From Candidatus Fermentithermobacillaceae bacterium (GTDB lineage Bacteria; Bacillota; Sulfobacillia; Fermentithermobacillales; Fermentithermobacillaceae): 64,000 nt of DNA. Shown one piece after another: positions 57,711-64,000 of the stretch; positions within the stretch are counted from its first letter, which is position 1; each line of letters starts with the position of its first letter. The position numbers and the translations under genes were made by a program. The stretch spans positions 26,421 through 90,420 of the forward strand of contig DULO01000031.1 of NCBI GenBank assembly GCA_012840345.1, written 5' to 3'. The notes beneath the pieces are model-generated. The model had not been told where the DNA came from, did no database searches, and was given only the letters and a program-made list of their open reading frames with translations.

Positions 57711-58302
57711 TGGAAGTGACCTCCGCTTCCCCACCCGTTTGCGCCTTTGCCTGCTTGCCGCGAAGCTCAAACACCTTCTGGGCGCTTCTTAGCTCTTTTA
57801 GAGCCTGGATGGTAGCATAAACCACGTTGTACGGGTTCTCGGAACCCAACGACTTCGCCAAGACGTCCTGAATCCCCGCAAGCTCCATGAGGGGGCGCAC
57901 ACCGCGTCCGGCGATGATGCCGGTACCGGGCGACGCGGGCTTCAACAAAACCATGCCGGCGCCGAACTGGCCCAAGACTTCGTGGGGGATGGTATTCTCA
58001 TGCCTGGGAACCTCAATCAGGTTCTTCTTGGCGTCTTCAATTCCTTTTCTTATAGCGTCGGTAAGGTCGAGAGCTTTACCGAGGCCGGCTCCTACCTTTC
58101 CGTTCCCGTTCCCGACGACTACCAGGGCGCGGAAGCTGCGCCTGCGGCCGCCCTTGACGGTCTTGGAGACGGGGCCTACTGAAACGACCTCATCCCTAAA
58201 TTCGTCGCCCTGGCGATCCACGGGACCCTCTTTAGGGGGGTTCTCGTTACGACCTCTGCCTTTTGGACGTGACGGATTATCCACCAAGTAATCACCCCGC
58301 AT
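57697..58302 (-). CDS. rpsE: 30S ribosomal protein S5
   Basis: [27 protein letters not shown]. Confidence 0.97.
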   Translation of the reverse strand: MRGDYLVDNPSRPKGRGRNENPPKEGPVDRQGDEFRDEVVSVGPVSKTVKGGRRRSFRALVVVGNGNGKVGAGLGKALDLTDAIRKGIEDAKKNLIEVPRHENTIPHEVLGQFGAGMVLLKPASPGTGIIAGRGVRPLMELAGIQDVLAKSLGSENPYNVVYATIQALKELRSAQKVFELRGKQAKAQTGGEAEVTSNGTA

Positions 58303-58668
58303 TTAAAAATCCAGCCCGCCTTCACGAGCGGCATCTGCCAACGCTTTCACTCTTCCGTGATAGAGGTAGCCGCCCCGGTCGAAGACTACCTGCTTAATGC
58401 CTTTATCTAGGGCTCTCTGGGCAATCATCTTTCCGACCGCCTGAGCCGCGGCGATGTTCCCGCCGCTCTTGTGGGTCTCTCTGAAAGCCGGTTCGTTTGA
58501 GGACGCGAAGGCCAAAGTTACCCGAGCGGTGTCGTCCACAACCTGAGCGTATATATGGTTCAGGCTTCGAAACACGCACAGCCTAGGCCTCTCGGGCGTT
58601 CCCACGACTTTCTTTCGCACCCTAAGGTGGCGCCTGACCCTCTTTTCTTCCTTTCCTTTCACAGCCAT
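58303..58668 (-). CDS. rplR: 50S ribosomal protein L18
   Basis: [22 protein letters not shown]. Confidence 0.98.
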   Translation of the reverse strand: MAVKGKEEKRVRRHLRVRKKVVGTPERPRLCVFRSLNHIYAQVVDDTARVTLAFASSNEPAFRETHKSGGNIAAAQAVGKMIAQRALDKGIKQVVFDRGGYLYHGRVKALADAAREGGLDF

Positions 58669-58697
58669 AGAAGGTCTATCCTCCCTGCTCTTTCCCG

Positions 58698-59234
58698 CTA
58701 CTTAGCGCTCTTCGCGGCCTTGCGTCGTATCTTCTCGCCGACGTACTTAACACCCGTGCCCTGGTACGGCTCGGGCGGCCTTAGTCTCCTGATGTTGGCC
58801 GCGATCTGCCCCACTACTTCCTTGTCGATACCGCGAATGGTAACGCTGGTCGGGGTCGGGACGTCTATTTCGACGTCCTTGGGCGGGACGATCTCCACAG
58901 GTCTGATGAACCCAAGGTTTAGGACCAACTTGTCTCCTTGCTTCTGCGCGCGGTAACCCATACCCGAAATCTCTAGGCCCTTGGAGTAGCCTTCGGTTAC
59001 TCCGGTGATCATGTTGGCCAGGAGAGTGCGGGTAAGCCCGTGCATTGCCCTGTGAGTCTTGTCGTCGCTGGGCCTCTCGACCGTGGCGGTATTGCCCTCG
59101 ACGGTAATCTTCATGTCCGGATGAAAACGCCTAGTAAGGGTCCCCTTAGGTCCCTTGACCGTGACCTCTCCATCCTTCTGGGTCACGACGACCCCTGACG
59201 GGATCGGTATTGGTTTGCTGCCTATTCGAGACAC
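58698..59234 (-). CDS. rplF: 50S ribosomal protein L6
   Basis: MSRIG, VKGPKG, RPPEPY. Confidence 0.98.
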   Translation of the reverse strand: MSRIGSKPIPIPSGVVVTQKDGEVTVKGPKGTLTRRFHPDMKITVEGNTATVERPSDDKTHRAMHGLTRTLLANMITGVTEGYSKGLEISGMGYRAQKQGDKLVLNLGFIRPVEIVPPKDVEIDVPTPTSVTIRGIDKEVVGQIAANIRRLRPPEPYQGTGVKYVGEKIRRKAAKSAK

Positions 59235-59256
59235 GTCAAAGACCTCCCGAGGATTC

Positions 59257-59652
59257 TTACCATACGTAGCAGATTACTTCTCCGCCCAATCCGCGCGCCC
59301 GGGCCTCTTTGTCCGTCATAATCCCCTGGGAAGTGGAGACCACGGCTATGCCGAGACCTCCCAATACCCTCGGGATTTCGTCCTTTCGGGCGTAAACGCG
59401 GAGTCCGGGCTTTGAGATCTGCTTAATGCCGGTAATCGCTCTGGTCCTGCCCGCGCCGTACTTCAGGTAAATCTTCAGCTTAGCCACGGGCTTTTCCGGG
59501 ATTACCTCGTAATCTCTTATATAACCCTCCGCCTTGAGAACGCTCGCGATCCTCTCTTTGAGCTTGGAGGTGGGAAACTCCAGCTTCTCATGCCTGGCCA
59601 TGCCGGCGTTGCGGAGCCTCGTCAGCATATCCCCAACAGGGTCGTGTGTCAC
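59257..59652 (-). CDS. rpsH: 30S ribosomal protein S8
   Basis: [26 protein letters not shown]. Confidence 0.98.
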   Translation of the reverse strand: MTHDPVGDMLTRLRNAGMARHEKLEFPTSKLKERIASVLKAEGYIRDYEVIPEKPVAKLKIYLKYGAGRTRAITGIKQISKPGLRVYARKDEIPRVLGGLGIAVVSTSQGIMTDKEARARGLGGEVICYVW

Positions 59653-59665
59653 GGTGATCCCCCTC

Positions 59666-59851
59666 CTACCAACTGGCCTTGGTTACGCCAGGAATCTCTC
59701 CACGGTGAGCCAACACCCTGAAGCAGTGCCTGCAGAGCCCAAACTTGCGCATTACCGAGTGGGAGCGTCCGCAGATCTGGCACCTGTTGACTCTCTGAGT
59801 CCGGTATTTTGGCTCCTTTTTTGCCTTGTTGATTTTGGCTATAGACGCCAA
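59666..59851 (-). CDS. rpsZ: 30S ribosomal protein S14 type Z
   Basis: [25 protein letters not shown], 61 aa. Confidence 0.97.
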   Translation of the reverse strand: MASIAKINKAKKEPKYRTQRVNRCQICGRSHSVMRKFGLCRHCFRVLAHRGEIPGVTKASW

Positions 59852-59863
59852 GTAATCTCCTCC

Positions 59864-60415
59864 TTACTGCCTAAACGGCATTCCTAGGGCCTTAAGAAGG
59901 AACAAGCCCTCTTCATCGGTCCTGGCGGTTGTCGTAAGGGTGATGTTCATTCCCCGGATCTTGCTGACCTTGTCGTACTCGATCTCAGGGAAGATGATCT
60001 GTTCTCTGAGCCCAAGGGAGAAGTTGCCTCTCCCGTCAAAACCGTCAGTCGAAATTCCTCTAAAGTCCCTGATACGGGGCATGACCACATTGAAAAGCTT
60101 CTCAAGGAAGTCGTACATGCGGTCCCCGCGCAAGGTTACCTTGCAGCCTACGTTCATTCCCGCCCTCACTTTGAACGCGGAGATGGAACGTTTGGCCTTG
60201 GTAATGACCGGCTTCTGGCCGGCAATCTTCATGAGGTCCGAAACCGCGCCCTCAATCGCGTCGGCGTTCTGGGTGGCTTCACCCACTCCCATGTTGATGG
60301 TGACCTTGGTTATCTTGGGCACCTGCATTTCGTTCCGGTACCCAAAGGCCTTCATCATCGCTGGGACGACCTCTTTACGGTATAGTTCCTTTAGGGCCAC
60401 GTCACTCGACCTCAC
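59864..60415 (-). CDS. rplE: 50S ribosomal protein L5
   Basis: [28 protein letters not shown]. Confidence 0.98.
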   Translation of the reverse strand: MRSSDVALKELYRKEVVPAMMKAFGYRNEMQVPKITKVTINMGVGEATQNADAIEGAVSDLMKIAGQKPVITKAKRSISAFKVRAGMNVGCKVTLRGDRMYDFLEKLFNVVMPRIRDFRGISTDGFDGRGNFSLGLREQIIFPEIEYDKVSKIRGMNITLTTTARTDEEGLFLLKALGMPFRQ

Positions 60416-60738
60416 TTGTCAATGGCTTCTCCACATTTGTGGCAGACACGGACTTTCTTGTCTGGGCCTACCCTGAATCCTAGCCTCGTGGGCTTGGAGC
60501 ACTTCGGGCATACCAGCATTACGTTTGACCTGTGGATTGGCCCTTCGCTTTCTATAATGCCGCCCTGCTGAACGTCCTTGGTCGGCCGCTGGTGCTTTTT
60601 CCTGATGTTGACGCCCTCAACTATCAGGTAACCCTTAGCGGGCATGGCCCTCATGACCTTGCCCTTCTTGCCCTTGTACTTACCGGTGATAACCAGGACC
60701 GTATCGTCCTTGCGAATATCCATAAGACACTGCACCAC
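60412..60738 (-). CDS. rplX: 50S ribosomal protein L24
   Basis: [31 protein letters not shown]. Confidence 0.97.
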   Translation of the reverse strand: MVQCLMDIRKDDTVLVITGKYKGKKGKVMRAMPAKGYLIVEGVNIRKKHQRPTKDVQQGGIIESEGPIHRSNVMLVCPKCSKPTRLGFRVGPDKKVRVCHKCGEAIDK

Positions 60739-60747
60739 CCTTCCGTC

Positions 60748-61116
60748 CTATATGACTTCGGGGGCCAAAGAGATAATCTTGGTGTACCTCTTATCCCTGA
60801 GCTCCCTGGCCACGGGCCCAAAAATGCGCGTCCCCTGTGGCTCCTTCTCATCACGAAGGATGACGGCGGCGTTGTCGTCAAATTTGATGTAGGTACCGTC
60901 GGGCCTTCTCACATTCTTCGTGGTCCTGACCACGACCGCCCTCACTACCTGACCCTTCTTGACAACGCCTCCGGGAGTGGCCTCTTTAACGGTGCAGACG
61001 ATAATGTCGCCGAGACCCGCGTAACGGCGGTGGGCGCCGCCCAAGACCTTGATGCACATAACCTTCTTGGCTCCCGTGTTGTCGGCCACGTTCAACCTGG
61101 TTTGAACCTGAATCAC
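60748..61116 (-). CDS. rplN: 50S ribosomal protein L14
   Basis: [23 protein letters not shown]. Confidence 0.98.
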   Translation of the reverse strand: MIQVQTRLNVADNTGAKKVMCIKVLGGAHRRYAGLGDIIVCTVKEATPGGVVKKGQVVRAVVVRTTKNVRRPDGTYIKFDDNAAVILRDEKEPQGTRIFGPVARELRDKRYTKIISLAPEVI

Positions 61117-61400
61117 GAGGCGTCACCTCCGACGGGAGTTCCATCGCGGTCGGTGAGAATCTCGGCTATTCGCCATCTCTTTTGCGCCGAAAGGGGCCTT
61201 GTCTCAACCAGACGCACTTTGTCGCCGACTTTCGCGGCGTTGTTCTCATCATGAGCCTTCACCCTGTGCGTGGAGAGCACTCTCTTGCGGTAGATGGGAC
61301 TGACCTTCCATGACTCGATGCGGACCACACGGGTCTTATCCATCTTGTCGCTCACTACCACGCCGGTGACTTCCTTGCGCTTCGCGCGTTCCATGATCAA
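61113..61400 (-). CDS. rpsQ: 30S ribosomal protein S17
   Basis: [24 protein letters not shown]. Confidence 0.98.
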   Translation of the reverse strand: MIMERAKRKEVTGVVVSDKMDKTRVVRIESWKVSPIYRKRVLSTHRVKAHDENNAAKVGDKVRLVETRPLSAQKRWRIAEILTDRDGTPVGGDAS

Positions 61401-61612
61401 CCCTCCTGAGGGAGCTTCGCGAGTTCCCGCTGGCGCTGAATGGTCTTCACCCTGGCGATGGACCGCTTGACCTCCCGAATGCGCATTACGTCGTCAAGCT
61501 GCCCTGTGGTCATCTGAAAACGCAGGTTGAAGAGCTCCTCCTGAAGGTCCAAAAGCCTCTTTTCCAGATCCGCGTCACTTAGACTCCTAATCTCCTGCGC
61601 CTTCATTCTCAT
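61397..61612 (-). CDS. rpmC: 50S ribosomal protein L29
   Basis: [17 protein letters not shown]. Confidence 0.97.
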   Translation of the reverse strand: MRMKAQEIRSLSDADLEKRLLDLQEELFNLRFQMTTGQLDDVMRIREVKRSIARVKTIQRQRELAKLPQEG

Positions 61613-62051
61613 TCACCGCCTTCTCAAGCGTCTCTCCGGTCACTTCGCGCCGCGCCTGAAACTTAGTTCGGATGGGGAGCTTAGTGCCGGCAAGCCGCAA
61701 GGCTTCCCTTGCGTCGGCCTCTGGCACCCCGGCTATCTCAAACAGAATGCGTCCGGGCTTGACCACAGCCACCCAGTATTCGGGGTTACCCTTTCCGCCG
61801 CCCATACGAGTTTCCGCAGGCTTCTTGGTCACAGGCTTGTCGGGGAAGATCCTGATCCAAACCTTGCCGCCTCTCCTGATGTAACGGGTGAGAGCCACCC
61901 TAGCGGCCTCAATCTGCCTGTCGGTAATCCAGGCGGGGTCCAAAGCCTGCAAACCGTACTCCCCGTAAAACACTTCGTTGCCGCGCTTGGCCTCACCGTG
62001 CATCTTGCCGCGGTGTTGCTTGCGCCACTTAAATCTCTTGGGCATCAACAT
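61587..62051 (-). CDS. rplP: 50S ribosomal protein L16
   Basis: MLMPKR, QIEAAR, WIRIFPD, ETRMG.GKG. Confidence 0.98.
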   Translation of the reverse strand: MLMPKRFKWRKQHRGKMHGEAKRGNEVFYGEYGLQALDPAWITDRQIEAARVALTRYIRRGGKVWIRIFPDKPVTKKPAETRMGGGKGNPEYWVAVVKPGRILFEIAGVPEADAREALRLAGTKLPIRTKFQARREVTGETLEKAVNENEGAGD

Positions 62052-62054
62052 GGC

Positions 62055-62717
62055 TTAGTTCCCTCCCTCTGTCGCGACGGGTCTCTGCTTAGCGGGAAGG
62101 ATGTCGCCCTTGTAGATCCACACTTTGATGCCGATCCGTCCGTAAGTCGTGTGGGCTTCGGAAAACCCGTAGTCGACATCGGCGCGGAGCGTATGAAGGG
62201 GAACGGTCCCCTCGCCGGCGCGCTCGCTGCGCGCGATTTCGGCTCCCTGCAACCTTCCGGAAATCCTAATCCTAATACCCTTCGCTCCCGCTCTCATGGC
62301 CCTCAGCATCGCCTGCCGCATTGCCCTGCGGTAAGACACTCGTCTCTCGATGGATTCCGCGATGTTATCGGCCACAAGCTGAGCGTCCATCTCAGGGTTC
62401 TTCACCTCGACGGCGTGAAGGATGACCCTCTTCTTGGTAAGTTCCGCCAGCTCTTTGCGGACGGTCTCAATGCCGGTGCCGCCTCGGCCGATAACGATGC
62501 CGGGCTTGGCGGCATGGATCGTGACCGTAACTTCTTGAGGCTTTCTCTCAATGACGACCCGTGAGATGCCGGCCAAAGGCAAACGCTTCTTGATGAAGTC
62601 CCTGATTTTCTTGTCTTCCAGCAAGAGTTCTGAGAAGTCTTTGCGGGCAAACCACCGGGAGTCCCAGTCGTAGATAACCCCGACTCTAAACCCTTTCGGA
62701 TGAACCTTCTGTCCCAA
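62055..62717 (-). CDS. rpsC: 30S ribosomal protein S3
   Basis: [33 protein letters not shown]. Confidence 0.98.
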   Translation of the reverse strand: MGQKVHPKGFRVGVIYDWDSRWFARKDFSELLLEDKKIRDFIKKRLPLAGISRVVIERKPQEVTVTIHAAKPGIVIGRGGTGIETVRKELAELTKKRVILHAVEVKNPEMDAQLVADNIAESIERRVSYRRAMRQAMLRAMRAGAKGIRIRISGRLQGAEIARSERAGEGTVPLHTLRADVDYGFSEAHTTYGRIGIKVWIYKGDILPAKQRPVATEGGN

Positions 62718-62719
62718 GG

Positions 62720-63061
62720 TTAGCCCTCCCCTCTTTCTCTGACGACCACAGTAATGTGGGACGTCTTTTTCAAAATCGGAAACGCTTGACCTCTCTGGCG
62801 CGGGTGGAACCTCTTGAGCGTAGGCCCTTGGTCCACGTAAATCTCGGACACCACGAGAGAATCCCTGTCCATCTCCATGTTGTTCTCAGCGTTGGCCGCC
62901 GCCGAAGTGATGACCTTCTCCAACCAGCGACTGGCACGCTTCGGCGTGTATTTCAATATGGCCAGCGCGTCCTTGACGGGCTTTCCCCGAACGAGATCCG
63001 CTACGATTCGTACTTTCGAAGGGGAAATCCTCAAGTGCTTCAAATAAGCTCTGGCTTCCAT
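62720..63061 (-). CDS. rplV: 50S ribosomal protein L22
   Basis: SPSKVR.VADLVRG, SAAANA, TSHITVV. Confidence 0.98.
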   Translation of the reverse strand: MEARAYLKHLRISPSKVRIVADLVRGKPVKDALAILKYTPKRASRWLEKVITSAAANAENNMEMDRDSLVVSEIYVDQGPTLKRFHPRQRGQAFPILKKTSHITVVVRERGEG

Positions 63062-63079
63062 GATTGCCGGATTACCCCC

Positions 63080-63364
63080 CTACTTGAGCGCGGTCGAACG
63101 CTCTGTGTGATGACCGTGACCTCTAAATGTACGAGTGGGAGCGAATTCGCCAAGCTTGTGACCTACCGCGTCTTCGGTGATATACACAGGAACGTGCTTT
63201 CTACCGTCATGAACCGCGATGGTGTGCCCCAGCATCTCAGGCACTATGGTGCAATCCCGTGCCCAGGTCCGTATCACTCGCTTCTCGTTCTTCCTGTTCA
63301 TCTCCCGGATTTTCTCAATCAATTTGGGATCGACATACGGTCCCTTCTTGGTTGACCGGCTCAC
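63080..63364 (-). CDS. rpsS: 30S ribosomal protein S19
   Basis: [25 protein letters not shown]. Confidence 0.98.
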   Translation of the reverse strand: MSRSTKKGPYVDPKLIEKIREMNRKNEKRVIRTWARDCTIVPEMLGHTIAVHDGRKHVPVYITEDAVGHKLGEFAPTRTFRGHGHHTERSTALK

Positions 63365-63388
63365 AATCGCCCCCTCCTTCCCCTTGTG

Positions 63389-64000
63389 TTATTTCCTGCG
63401 CTTAACGATCAACTTGTCAGATGCCTTGTTCTTCTTCCTTGTCTTGTATCCAAGGGCAGGCTTACCCCAAGGAGTTAGAGGCCCGGGATGCCCGATGGGC
63501 GACTTGCCCTCGCCTCCGCCGTGGGGGTGATCCACCGGGTTCATAACCACACCGCGAACGGTCGGTCTCCAACCCATGTGACGCCTGATTCCAGCCTTGC
63601 CCAATGAGATGTTCTCATGCTCGACGTTGCCAACTTGGCCCACGGTCGCCTTGCACATTACAGGCACTTTCCTCTGCTCTCCAGAGGGAAGCCTCAGGAG
63701 GGCGAACCCGCCTTCCTTGGCCATCAACTGGGCCTGCTGTCCGGCGCTTCGCACCAGCTGAGCTCCCTTGCCGGGAACCAGCTCGATGTTGTGGACCATT
63801 GTGCCGGTGGGGATGCTGTCCAGCGGCAAGGCGTTACCCACCTTTATGTCGGCGTCGGGGCCCGAGCGGACCACGTCGTTAACCGCGAGTCCCGCGGGGG
63901 CCAAAATGTAACGCTTCTCGCCGTCTGCGTACACGAGCAGAGCCAACCTGGCGGTCCTGCCGGGATCGTACTCAATGGCGGCCACTCTGGCAGGAATGCC
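63389..64000 (-). CDS. rplB: 50S ribosomal protein L2 (5' end outside the window)
   Basis: [29 protein letters not shown]. Confidence 0.98.
   Translation of the reverse strand, partial: GIPARVAAIEYDPGRTARLALLVYADGEKRYILAPAGLAVNDVVRSGPDADIKVGNALPLDSIPTGTMVHNIELVPGKGAQLVRSAGQQAQLMAKEGGFALLRLPSGEQRKVPVMCKATVGQVGNVEHENISLGKAGIRRHMGWRPTVRGVVMNPVDHPHGGGEGKSPIGHPGPLTPWGKPALGYKTRKKNKASDKLIVKRRK

Overview
This ~58% GC window looks like the chromosome of a spore-forming, probably anaerobic Bacillota (Firmicutes) member. Lineage is inferred from cwlD after rpsI, ecfAAT-truA, SLH and GH18 cortex genes, and rpsD inside the alpha operon. Most genes lie on the minus strand. Left to right: (1) hpt-purE-purF; (2) a ~12.3 kb uncharacterised locus (2525-14838) of two paralogous modules, each pairing a long GlmL/MutL-family ASKHA protein with a barrel-sandwich-hybrid/KOW protein, interleaved with two MacB/LolD-type ATPases, two FtsX-type permeases (one ending in CxxCxxC) and an XRE-HTH/STAND-like TPR regulator, with no B12 mutase nearby; (3) ATP-grasp, deacetylase-SLH and M20 genes; (4) guaB; (5) a 5'-truncated ycaQ abutting an FMN-binding gene; (6) cheW-cheA-cheY-cheR-cheX without cheB or MCP; (7) hydrolases, a ferredoxin, a two-component system and a doubly flavinylated lipoprotein; (8) tRNA-Arg(CCG) and a NYN nuclease; (9) two paralogous cDPGS-like/ArcE-type P-loop proteins around a GT2; (10) an oraF-orr-amrBA-amrS operon; (11) cwlD, then the rplM-rpsI, ecf, alpha, spc and S10 ribosomal blocks. 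In the ribosomal block rpmD (uL30) is missing from its usual position and truA appears to start at CTG. The best candidate for an undescribed system is the GlmL/ABC locus. All family calls come from motif recognition by eye; no searches were run.
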